DNA of 64,000 nt, taken from NCBI GenBank assembly GCA_030658975.1, contig JAUSBL010000105.1, forward strand, positions 10,971-74,970, written 5' to 3'. Of the stretch, positions 46,758 through 55,245 are shown in pieces. Under the pieces are notes generated by a model. It saw only the letters and a list, made by a program, of their open reading frames with translations, was not told where the DNA came from and ran no database searches. How positions within the stretch are numbered: the first letter of the stretch is position 1; each line of letters starts with the position of its first letter. This DNA comes from Candidatus Latescibacterota bacterium (GTDB lineage Bacteria > Krumholzibacteriota > Krumholzibacteriia > LZORAL124-64-63). A program made the position numbers and the translations under genes.

Positions 46758-48362
46758 CTAACGGCGCCAGAAGCTGGGCCGCAGCACCACCAGCACCGTG
46801 AAGATCTCCAAACGTCCCAGCAGCATGCAGAGGATGAGCACCCACTTGCCTGGCAGCGGGATCCAGGCGTAGTTCTGCGTGGCGCCCACGCCCGCCAGGC
46901 CGGGACCGACGTTGCCGATGCAGGCGGCGACGCTGGTGACGGCCGTCACCAGGTCGGGCACGATCAGGGTCATCAGCAGCGAACAGACCACGAAGAGCCC
47001 CACGAACAGCACGAAGAAGCCGACGATGTTGGCCACCATCGGCTCCTGCAGGGACGAGCGCCGGATCTTGAGCGGCGCGACCAGACGCGGGCGCATCACC
47101 TTCTTCAGCTCGCGCCACGACGCCTTGATGGTCACGAGCACGCGGATCATCTTCATGCCGCCGCCGGTCGACCCGGCGCACCCGCCCCAGAACATCAGCA
47201 CCACCAGGAGCAGGCCCGCCGAAGTCGGCCAGAGATCGAAATCCGCCGTGCAGAATCCGGTGGTGGTCGTGATGGAGACCACCTGGAAGGCGGCGTGGCG
47301 CAGGGCGCCGGCCGGGTCGGCCACCTTGGCCGCTTCGGCCTGCAGGTGGGCGGAGTATCCCTCCGGCGACAGCGGGGATACGTGGTAACTGCCGGCGGGC
47401 GAGCCGGGGTCCGGAAGACCGGCGACCAGGAGCGCTGCGGTGACGGCCAGCACGGCCAGCGTCAGGGTGCCCACGTAGAAGTGGAACTCACGGTTCTCGC
47501 GCAGGGAGCGCCAGTCCCGCCGGAACAGCACGCGGTAGTGCAGCAGGAAATTCGTCCCCGCCAGGAACATGAACAGGATGACGACCCAATCCAGGTAGGC
47601 GCTGTCGAAGGCGCCCAGCGAGGCGTTGCGCGTGGAGAAGCCGCCGGTGGCCATGGTGGCGAAGGCGTGGCAGATGGCGTCGAACAGGGACATGCCCCCC
47701 AGCATCATCAGCAGGGTCTGCACGCCGGTCAACAGGGCGTAGACGCCCCAGAGGATCGCGGCCGTCTCGCGCAGGCGCGGGCGCAGGCGGTCGGCGCTGG
47801 GGCCGGGCACCTCGCCGCGGAACATGTTGTAGCCGCCGACGCCCATGGCCGGGAAGATGGCCAGGGCCAGGGTGATGATGCCCATGCCGCCCAGCCAGTG
47901 AGTGAGCGATCGCCAGAAGAGCAGTCCCCGGGGCAGGGCCTCGATGTTGGTCAGGATCGTGGCGCCGGTGGTGGTGAAGCCGCTCACCACCTCGAAGTAG
48001 GCGTCGGTGAAGGCGGCCAGCCAGGCGGTGGGGCCCTGGTAGCCGCCGTGGGCCATGAGCCAGGCCGCGAATGGGATCGCGCCGACCAGGGCCAGGCTCA
48101 CCCAGCTCAGGGTCACGATGGCGAAGCCCTCGCGCACCCCCTGGTCGTAGCGGGAACGCCGGTTGAACCACTTCAGGAACGTGCCCAGGATCAGCGCGAA
48201 CGCGATGGCGCCGCAGAAGGCCAGGCTCTCCACGCTCCCGAAGGCGGCGCTGCCGGGCCGCCGCAGGTCGTCCCGGACGCACAGCCCCAGTGGCAGCAGC
48301 AGGACCATCGCCAGGATCTGCAGCAGCCCGCCGACGGCGTAGAGGACGGCGCCGCGGTTCAC
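46758..48362 (-). CDS. trkH: TrkH/KtrB-family potassium uptake membrane subunit
   Basis: Approximately 10 TM helices with GGxG-type selectivity segments (TTTGFCT, LMMLGGMSLF, ATGGFSTRN). 4-bp overlap with trkA. Confidence 0.88.
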   Translation of the reverse strand: MNRGAVLYAVGGLLQILAMVLLLPLGLCVRDDLRRPGSAAFGSVESLAFCGAIAFALILGTFLKWFNRRSRYDQGVREGFAIVTLSWVSLALVGAIPFAAWLMAHGGYQGPTAWLAAFTDAYFEVVSGFTTTGATILTNIEALPRGLLFWRSLTHWLGGMGIITLALAIFPAMGVGGYNMFRGEVPGPSADRLRPRLRETAAILWGVYALLTGVQTLLMMLGGMSLFDAICHAFATMATGGFSTRNASLGAFDSAYLDWVVILFMFLAGTNFLLHYRVLFRRDWRSLRENREFHFYVGTLTLAVLAVTAALLVAGLPDPGSPAGSYHVSPLSPEGYSAHLQAEAAKVADPAGALRHAAFQVVSITTTTGFCTADFDLWPTSAGLLLVVLMFWGGCAGSTGGGMKMIRVLVTIKASWRELKKVMRPRLVAPLKIRRSSLQEPMVANIVGFFVLFVGLFVVCSLLMTLIVPDLVTAVTSVAACIGNVGPGLAGVGATQNYAWIPLPGKWVLILCMLLGRLEIFTVLVVLRPSFWRR

Positions 48363-49723
48363 GCGCGCTCCCGGAACAGATCCTCGACGGTGCGCAGGTG
48401 CTTCGGCTTGAGGATCACCACGGCCTCGTCACCCGCCTCCAGAACCGTGCCGCCTCCCGGGACGGTGGCGCGCCCATGGCGGTACACGGCGCCCACGATG
48501 GCCTGGCGCCGGTGCGCCGCCCAGATCTTCGACAGCGGCGCCCGGGTGACCTTGCTGCCGGCGCCCACGCGGATCTCCACCGACTCGAGATCGAGGTCGC
48601 GCAGCTGCAGTTCCACCGAGACGCGCCCGCGCGCGATGATGTCCATGATCTCGTGGGCGATCGCCCGGCGCGGGCTGACGACGTGGTTCACGCCGATCTC
48701 GCGGAACAACCGGTTGCTGGTGGGCTCCAGGGTGACGGCGATCACCTCGCGGCAGCCTTCGGAGCGGGCCAGCAGCGCGCCCATGACGTTGCGGTTGGTG
48801 TCGTTCCCCACGCCCACGAACAGGTCGGCGCGGCCGGCGGCCACTTCGCGCAGCACGTCCCGCTCCGTGGGATCCCCGCTGATGACTTCGACGTCCTCCA
48901 ACTGCTGGGCGGCACGCAGCGCGTGATCGGGATCCCAATCCACCAGCGTCACCACATCCACCCAGGTGTTCAGTTCCCGGCAGAGATGGATGGCCGACAG
49001 GCCATCGCCGGCGACCACGGCCCGCTTCGCCCGGCGGTGCTCCAGCCCCAGCAGCTCGAGGTAGCGGGGCAGCGAAGCCCGCGTGAAGGTGGTGGTGATG
49101 TCGTCGCCGACGATGATCGTGTCATCGCCGGCGGGGATCCAGGTCTTGCCCTCGGAGGCGCGGTGCAGGGCCACGGCCAGGAAGCGGTCCTCGCCGGCGA
49201 GCGCGGCGACCTCGGCGAAGTGCTTGCCGAGGATCGGCATGCCGTCACGCATGATGTGCCGCGCGATGAGGATCTCGCCCTCGTGATAGCTGAAGACCTC
49301 CACCGCGTCGGGGATGCGGGCGATCTGGGCGATGACCCGCACCAGGATGTGCTCGGGATCGATGATCCGCGTGACGCCCAGGGCCGCCAGATCGACCGGG
49401 TTGCGCTTGTCCAGGTACTCGCCGCTGCGGATCCGGGCCAGGCGCGTGGGCACGCCGTACTGGGCGGCCAGGCCGCAGGACAGGATGTTCACCTCGTCGA
49501 CGGAGCTGACGGCGATGATCATCTGGGCCTGCGCGATGCCCGCCCGTTCCAGCGCGCGCGGGCTGCCGCCGCCGCCCTCCACCACCAGGATGTCCAGCTT
49601 TTCGGCCAGCTCGGCGCAGCGCTCCGTCCGCGGCTCGACCATGGCGACGTCGTGCCCCGAGCGCTGCAGGTGCGCAGCCAGCTCGGAACCCACGGTGCCC
49701 CCTCCCACGATGACGATCTGCAC
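48359..49723 (-). CDS. trkA: Trk system NAD-binding regulatory subunit TrkA (two RCK_N + RCK_C repeats)
   Basis: IVIVGGGTVGSELAAHL and ILGLEHRRAKRAVVAGDG Rossmann motifs. TrkA architecture of 454 aa. Confidence 0.88.
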   Translation of the reverse strand: MQIVIVGGGTVGSELAAHLQRSGHDVAMVEPRTERCAELAEKLDILVVEGGGGSPRALERAGIAQAQMIIAVSSVDEVNILSCGLAAQYGVPTRLARIRSGEYLDKRNPVDLAALGVTRIIDPEHILVRVIAQIARIPDAVEVFSYHEGEILIARHIMRDGMPILGKHFAEVAALAGEDRFLAVALHRASEGKTWIPAGDDTIIVGDDITTTFTRASLPRYLELLGLEHRRAKRAVVAGDGLSAIHLCRELNTWVDVVTLVDWDPDHALRAAQQLEDVEVISGDPTERDVLREVAAGRADLFVGVGNDTNRNVMGALLARSEGCREVIAVTLEPTSNRLFREIGVNHVVSPRRAIAHEIMDIIARGRVSVELQLRDLDLESVEIRVGAGSKVTRAPLSKIWAAHRRQAIVGAVYRHGRATVPGGGTVLEAGDEAVVILKPKHLRTVEDLFRERA

Positions 49724-50038
49724 CGGGCCTCCTCGACGGTTTCGCGGCGGGGATTCCGCCGCGGATGCCTACGCCGGGAGTCTAGGAACACTTGTCGGGG
49801 GCCACAACCTCATTCTGGCCCGCACCGCCGGGAACGGGTGTGGCGGACGGCGCCGGTCGGGCTCATTTGAAACGTCCGGGCCGAATGCCGCCGGGCTCCG
49901 GGACCACCCCCGGCCCCTCCTGTCGTCACCGGGCGGGCGGTGGCGGGCGATCTTGGCACTGTCGCCCGCGTCACGATTGGCATATCCTGACGGCCGGCCG
50001 ATCGGGCGGCGAACCGACAACAAGGAGCAGCGACTGAA

Positions 50039-51103
50039 ATGATCGTGATCTGGCTGGCCTTCATCGCCTTCGTCCTGCTGATGCTGGCGCTCGACCTGGG
50101 CGTCTTCCACCGCAAGGCCCACGTCGTGAGCGTGAGGGAGGCCATGGGCTGGTCGGCGGTCTGGATCAGCATCGGCCTGGCCTTCGCCGTATTCGTGTAC
50201 TTCGCGTACGACGGCCAGTGGTTCGGACTCGGCACCCTGGTGGACCCCGTCGACGGGCTGGTGAACGGCGGCTCCGCGGCGGTGGAGAAGTACCTGACCG
50301 GCTACATCGTCGAGAAGTCGCTCAGCGTGGACAACATCTTCGTGATCGCCATGATCTTCGGGTTCTTCGCCGTGCCGCCGCTCTACCAGCACCGGGTGCT
50401 GTTCTGGGGCATCATCGGCGCGCTGGTGCTGCGCGGCGTGATGATCGTCCTGGGGGCGAAGCTGATCGCCGAGTTCCACTGGGTCCTGTACCTGTTCGCC
50501 GCCTTCCTGATCCTGACGGCGCTCAAGATGCTGTTCATCAAGTCGGAGCACGGCGACCCGAACCGCAACGCGGTGGTCCGCCTGGCGCGCCGGATGTTTC
50601 CGGTGACCGCCAGGTTCCACGGCGAACACTTCGTCGTGCGGGCCGGCACGTCCGCGTCGCTCGAGAGCGCGGTCCCCGGCGCGGCCGTGGAGGTGGACGA
50701 AGTCGTACGGGCGGCCCGGCCCGGGACGCTGCTGCTCACGCCCCTGGCGCTGGCGCTCGTGATGGTCGAGACCACCGACGTGATCTTCGCCGTCGATTCG
50801 ATCCCGGCCATCTTCGCCATCACGGGCGACCCGTTCCTGGTCTTCACGAGCAACGTGTTCGCGATCCTCGGCCTGCGGTCGCTCTACTTCGCGCTGGCCG
50901 GGATGGTGCAGAAGTTCCGTTACCTCAAGATCTCCCTCGCCCTGATCCTGCTGGTCGTGGGCGTGAAGATGCTGATCGCCGGGTGGCTGAAAGAGGTGCT
51001 CGGGAAGAGCTTCAACCTCTACGTGCTGCTGACGGTGCTCGCGATCCTGACGGCCGGCATCGCAGCGTCCGTGATCGCTGATCGGCGCGACAGGCAAGAG
51101 TGA
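50039..51103 (+). CDS. TerC-family integral membrane protein
   Basis: TerC signatures (SVDNIFVIAMIF, AVDSIPAIFAITGDPFLVFTSNVFAILGLRSLYF). Confidence 0.85.
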   Translation: MIVIWLAFIAFVLLMLALDLGVFHRKAHVVSVREAMGWSAVWISIGLAFAVFVYFAYDGQWFGLGTLVDPVDGLVNGGSAAVEKYLTGYIVEKSLSVDNIFVIAMIFGFFAVPPLYQHRVLFWGIIGALVLRGVMIVLGAKLIAEFHWVLYLFAAFLILTALKMLFIKSEHGDPNRNAVVRLARRMFPVTARFHGEHFVVRAGTSASLESAVPGAAVEVDEVVRAARPGTLLLTPLALALVMVETTDVIFAVDSIPAIFAITGDPFLVFTSNVFAILGLRSLYFALAGMVQKFRYLKISLALILLVVGVKMLIAGWLKEVLGKSFNLYVLLTVLAILTAGIAASVIADRRDRQE

Positions 51104-51188
51104 TCCGTGGCCGTTCCGACAAATGCACGACCCCCGTCGCATCCGCGCGGGGGTCGTACGCATTTCACCGAAACGGACCGCGGTGGGC

Positions 51189-51551
51189 CTACAGCATGTC
51201 CTTGATGGACTTCATGGGGCGGACACGCACCGAGCGGGAAGCCGGACGCGGCTTCTGCTTGACCATCTCGCCGGTGAAGGGGTTCTTCACGAGCTTGCCG
51301 CCGGCGACGGCGGGCTTCTTCACCAGGGACAGCTTCATCAGGCCCAGGTAGTTGTAGGAGCCGTGCTTCTTGACGGACTTGACCATGATGTCGGTCAGGG
51401 CGTCGCACACGCCGACAACGTCCTTGCGCGCGAGGCCGGTCTTCGCGCAGATCTCGCGGTAGGTCTCGCCCTTGGTCGGCGGCTTGTTCGAAGGGGCGGC
51501 CTTGGCCGGAGCCTTCTTCGCCGCGACCTTCTTCATCGTCTTCTTTGCCAT
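51189..51551 (-). CDS. hup: HU-like DNA-binding protein with a Lys/Ala-rich N-terminal extension
   Basis: AAGGAGG RBS. C-terminal HU fold signature (GGKLVKNPFTGEMVKQKPRPASRSVRVRPMKSIKD). N-terminal MAKKTMKKVAAKKAPAKAAPSNKP histone-H1-like tail. Confidence 0.8.
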   Translation of the reverse strand: MAKKTMKKVAAKKAPAKAAPSNKPPTKGETYREICAKTGLARKDVVGVCDALTDIMVKSVKKHGSYNYLGLMKLSLVKKPAVAGGKLVKNPFTGEMVKQKPRPASRSVRVRPMKSIKDML

Positions 51552-52021
51552 GCGGGTTTTCCTCCTTGGATGGAAACCTGAAGACCGCTACGGGTCCATT
51601 CCTTGGGGGAATCTAGCGCAATTCCCCGCGGTGATACACAAAATATCGTGGTTTGGCAGGGAAAAATGAAGGGTCCGCGACGGCGATCCCAACGCACTGC
51701 GCGGTCATCGCATCGTCGCGGCGCGTCCCGATGCCGCTCCGCGACGGGACGCGAGACGACGGCGTCGGCGTCGCCGCGTCACGCGAAGTCTCCGCGTCGG
51801 GTCGACGCCGCGGGCGCTGGACGTGTCCCGGCGTCGAGGCCGGCAGCGTCGGCGGCCGACCGGCGTCGGCGTGCGCGGCCGGCGCCCGCGCGGATGCAGG
51901 GCCGGTTCGCCGTCCGTTTCAGGGCCGGGCTCACGACCCGGGGTCGTCAGGGGGCGACAACACAAAACAATCCGTAAATACCCACATATGGAGCAATAAT
52001 AGACTCTAATTAGGCTTTATA

Positions 52022-53224
52022 TCAGAATTCATAAACAAGCGTGAAGGCCGTCACTCCCCTGCCGCCGGCCCCGAACAAGCCCACGGAAGTCAGCCCCGGG
52101 TTCACCGGGGCGCTGTCGTTGTGGGCGAAGTCCGCCGTCAGGCGGCCGTGACGCAGGGCGAAGCCCAGGGTCAGCGGCGTGGCGACCGCTTCGAGGCGGT
52201 CGCGCTCCCGGTCGGGGTGCGCGTCCGTGGTGGCGCGCAGCAGGTCGTCGTGCACGCGGACGTACTGCATGGAGGCGCGCGCGGTCAGCCAGGGCAGGAC
52301 CTCCGTCTCCAGACCGGCGCGTCCCCGGATCTGGTAGAAGTCGCGCTCGGTGAAGTCCCAGACGGAGCTCTGGGAACCCGCTGCGCGCAGGTCCAGGTCC
52401 TGGTGGCCGGAGCGGTACTCGCAGCCGATGAGCAGCAGGGTGCCCCGGTCGGTCCGCAGGTTGGCGGCGATCCCCAGGCTCGTCAGGGCGGCGTCGAGGT
52501 CGGCGGGGCTGTCGATGACGTCGTCGAAGGTGGCGCGCTGGTCGCTGTAATGGTCGATGAGCGGCACCAGGGTCAGGTCGGGTCCCAGTTCGATGAACCC
52601 GCGCAAACGCAGTCCGAACGTGGACCAGTCGTTCGTGGGCGACATGTGGTAGAGGGCGCCGTGGCTCTCGGCGCGGCTGTTGACGATCTCGCCCGCGGCC
52701 TCGAGGCGCAGTCCCGACAGCGGCTCGCCGCGCACGCCGAGCCCGTAGTGGTGGAAGTACTGCGCCTCGATGCGGTCCCCGACGACCGTGCCGACCTCGG
52801 AATTGCCGTAGGTGGTGAACTTGCCGCCGAGGCCGACGTCCAGCGGGCCGCAGCGCCGCGACCACAGCGCCGAGAACGCGCCGTCGGTGTCGCTCTGCGG
52901 CAGGTGGTCCTGGAAATAGAAGGCCGCGGTGCCCCAGTTGTCGTCCGCTGACAGGCGCGCGTGGACGCCGCCCCCGTGGCCGATCAGGCCCTGGTCCGTC
53001 GGGGCGCGGTCGCGGCCGTGCAGGATGTCGCCGAACTCGAAGACGGCCCGGTCCGGGTAGTCGCCGAGGCTGCTGTACCAGCGCAGCACGTCGACGGTGT
53101 CGGTGCAGTAGCCGGCGTCGCCCCCGAGGGCGAGCAGGCGCGCGGTGCCGGCGCGGGCCGGGCCCGCCGGCGCGAGAAGGGCGCACATCGACACGAAGGC
53201 GATCAGGCTGGTGCGACGGTGCAT
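52022..53224 (-). CDS. Outer-membrane beta-barrel protein (porin-like), operonic with the upstream lipoprotein
   Basis: GAGGAG RBS and signal peptide (MHRRTSLIAFVSMCALLAPAGPARA). Approximately 400 aa of amphipathic strands. C-terminal ...FTLVYEF. Confidence 0.65.
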   Translation of the reverse strand: MHRRTSLIAFVSMCALLAPAGPARAGTARLLALGGDAGYCTDTVDVLRWYSSLGDYPDRAVFEFGDILHGRDRAPTDQGLIGHGGGVHARLSADDNWGTAAFYFQDHLPQSDTDGAFSALWSRRCGPLDVGLGGKFTTYGNSEVGTVVGDRIEAQYFHHYGLGVRGEPLSGLRLEAAGEIVNSRAESHGALYHMSPTNDWSTFGLRLRGFIELGPDLTLVPLIDHYSDQRATFDDVIDSPADLDAALTSLGIAANLRTDRGTLLLIGCEYRSGHQDLDLRAAGSQSSVWDFTERDFYQIRGRAGLETEVLPWLTARASMQYVRVHDDLLRATTDAHPDRERDRLEAVATPLTLGFALRHGRLTADFAHNDSAPVNPGLTSVGLFGAGGRGVTAFTLVYEF

Positions 53225-53231
53225 GGCGTGG

Positions 53232-54995
53232 TCACTCCTCGGGAAATTCCTTGAAGAAGGTGGGATGGCCCTCGACGAAGACGCCGCAGTCGGGGTGGCT
53301 CCAGATCGTCGTGTACTCCTCGACGGGCAGGCCCGTTTCGCGGGACCAGGCGCCATCGCGGTACCGCCAGATCTGCTCGGCGGTCAGCACGAACAGGTCG
53401 TCGCTGCGCAGCTCGGTCATCCCGAGCAGCCACGACGGCAGCATCACGCCGTCGCTGACACGGCGCAGGTCGCCGCTCTCGTACCGGTAGATCGCCGTGC
53501 GGGCCGGGCTGCCGGCGACGTAGCCGCCGATCCAGAGCGTCTCGCCGCTGCGGGAGGCGCACAGTTTGGTGTCGGCCAGGCCGGGGAACTCGGCCACCGT
53601 ATCGAACGTCGCGCCGTTCCAGCGCCGCAGACTGAGCACGCCGTCCGACACCAGGCCGTAAAGCTCGCCGGACGCCGTGGCGGCCAGACCGTAGTCGATC
53701 CCCGCGGGCAGGCCGCCGTCGCGCCAGGTGGAGCCGTTCCAGATCATCAGGCCGGCGTTCGTGGAGGCGAAGATGCTGTCGGGCGTCACGGCGAAGGCGT
53801 GGTTCAGGCCCGCACCGGGCGATGGGATCCCGAGCCAGCCGCCGGCGGGATCCCGCAGGGAGATCCGGTCGCCCCCCCTGGCCAGGACCCACCCGTCGGC
53901 GAGCGCCTGGATGCCGGAGACGCTGCGGTCGTTCGGAAGGTTCGCGTATTCGCAGATCCAGGCTGTGCCATCGTAATGCAGGACGCGGCCCCACCACTCG
54001 CCGGCCCAGATGTCGCCGCAGCCCGTGCCGTCGAGGGCGTTGAGGTGGCGGAACCCCAGCTCCAGGGCCGACTCGTTCCAGTCGAAGCCGCCGTCGCCGC
54101 GCGTGCCGGCCATCAGGGTGCCGCCGTAGCCGCAGGCGAGCAGGCCGTCGGCGCCGCAGCGGTCCAGCCCGTAGATCCAGCGGCCGGAGTCGTTGGTCCA
54201 GATCTGCGAGTCGGTCGTGTCGCGCAGGCCGATGCCGGAGTTGGACGTCCAGACGAGATCGTCCATGTCGAGCACCGTCCGCAGGCTCGACCAGCTGCCC
54301 GGTTCCGCGACCCAACCGTCCTGCGTGTCGTGACGGTGGACCTTGGCGATGTTGTTGAGGCCTTCGGACCAGAGGAAGCGGCCATCGCCGTGCTGGATGC
54401 CGCCGAAGTCCAGATCCTGCTCCGCTGTGGCGCTCCAGCCGTCCACGAGCCAGATCCGGTTGCTGTCGCCGACGCGGATGCCGCCGTCCTCGGCAGCCCA
54501 GACCGTCGTGCTCGAGGACCTTGGCCCGGCCACGGTCCGCCAGTCGTCGTCGTCGCGGATGCGCAGACCGAACGAGCCCACGACGTGGAGCCGCCCGCCC
54601 GCGGCGCAGTGCAGGTCGAGGATCGCCTCTCCGGGGAAACGGTCCTCGATGCGCCAGGCGTGCCCATCGAAGTGCAGCAGGTACTCCTCGCCGGCGGCGT
54701 AGATGTCGTCGGGAGCCCAGGCGTCGAGGGTCCCCAGGCGGACGTCGACGGGGCTGTCCACGTCGGTCACGGTCTCGCCGTTCCAGTGCACGATGTGGCC
54801 GTAGGATCCGACCGCCCAGACATTGTCGAACGAGGCGCCCCACACCGCGAAGAGGTCGTAGCCGCCGGGCAGGGGATGGAAGACCCGCCAGCCGTCGGCG
54901 GGTCCGAAGGGCGTGGGGTCCAGGGTGTCGGGCGCGCAGCCCGGCGCCAGCAGGATGCAGACGAGCAGGCCGGCCAATGCGAGCGATCGGGTCAT
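53232..54995 (-). CDS. Lipoprotein with beta-propeller-type repeats (VWG...VWAVG blades; Ycf48/BNR-like)
   Basis: Lipobox (LLVCILLAPGCAP). Repeated blade-like units (LFAVWGASFDNVWAVGSYGHIVHWNGE, etc.). 7 bp upstream of the OMP gene. Confidence 0.6.
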   Translation of the reverse strand: MTRSLALAGLLVCILLAPGCAPDTLDPTPFGPADGWRVFHPLPGGYDLFAVWGASFDNVWAVGSYGHIVHWNGETVTDVDSPVDVRLGTLDAWAPDDIYAAGEEYLLHFDGHAWRIEDRFPGEAILDLHCAAGGRLHVVGSFGLRIRDDDDWRTVAGPRSSSTTVWAAEDGGIRVGDSNRIWLVDGWSATAEQDLDFGGIQHGDGRFLWSEGLNNIAKVHRHDTQDGWVAEPGSWSSLRTVLDMDDLVWTSNSGIGLRDTTDSQIWTNDSGRWIYGLDRCGADGLLACGYGGTLMAGTRGDGGFDWNESALELGFRHLNALDGTGCGDIWAGEWWGRVLHYDGTAWICEYANLPNDRSVSGIQALADGWVLARGGDRISLRDPAGGWLGIPSPGAGLNHAFAVTPDSIFASTNAGLMIWNGSTWRDGGLPAGIDYGLAATASGELYGLVSDGVLSLRRWNGATFDTVAEFPGLADTKLCASRSGETLWIGGYVAGSPARTAIYRYESGDLRRVSDGVMLPSWLLGMTELRSDDLFVLTAEQIWRYRDGAWSRETGLPVEEYTTIWSHPDCGVFVEGHPTFFKEFPEE

Positions 54996-55245
54996 GGCGC
55001 GCGTCCTCGTGCGGTCGCCGGGGCGTGTCGGGATCACGGCGTGCAGATGGCGATTCCGGCCGGCGGCGTGCCGCGGCGGCCTGCATGGAATTTGGTGAAT
55101 CCTCACACATGAGGGGGGCGGGGGCAAGGGGGATCGGCGGTTGCGGGCCGGTTGACGCCGGGGCGCAATTCCGCTATGGACTAGCGGATCGTCGAGGAGA
55201 CGAGCGAATCCCAGCCCCGACGGCCCGCGTCCCTGAAGGAGTCCC

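Noticed and set aside
43558-47181. 1207-aa minus-strand ORF antisense to the second Ser/Thr kinase, and 961-aa plus-strand alternate frame (43665..46550)
   Set aside because: Shadow ORFs; the kinase frame has complete catalytic motifs and TPRs.
46749-48926. 725-aa plus-strand ORF antisense to trkH, and similar ORFs over trkA and TerC (48290..49870 on the plus strand, 49769..51163 on the minus strand)
   Set aside because: trkH, trkA and TerC frames show membrane and Rossmann signatures. The antisense frames are compositionally biased junk.
51603-51977. 124-aa and 118-aa plus-strand ORFs in the long gap upstream of hup
   Set aside because: Arg/Ala/Ser-rich, no RBS, no homolog pattern. The region is treated as non-coding but structured (see findings).
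53145-55112. 655-aa plus-strand and 635-aa minus-strand alternate-frame ORFs over the beta-propeller lipoprotein gene
   Set aside because: Only the 53232..54995 frame has a lipobox and repeated blade motifs.
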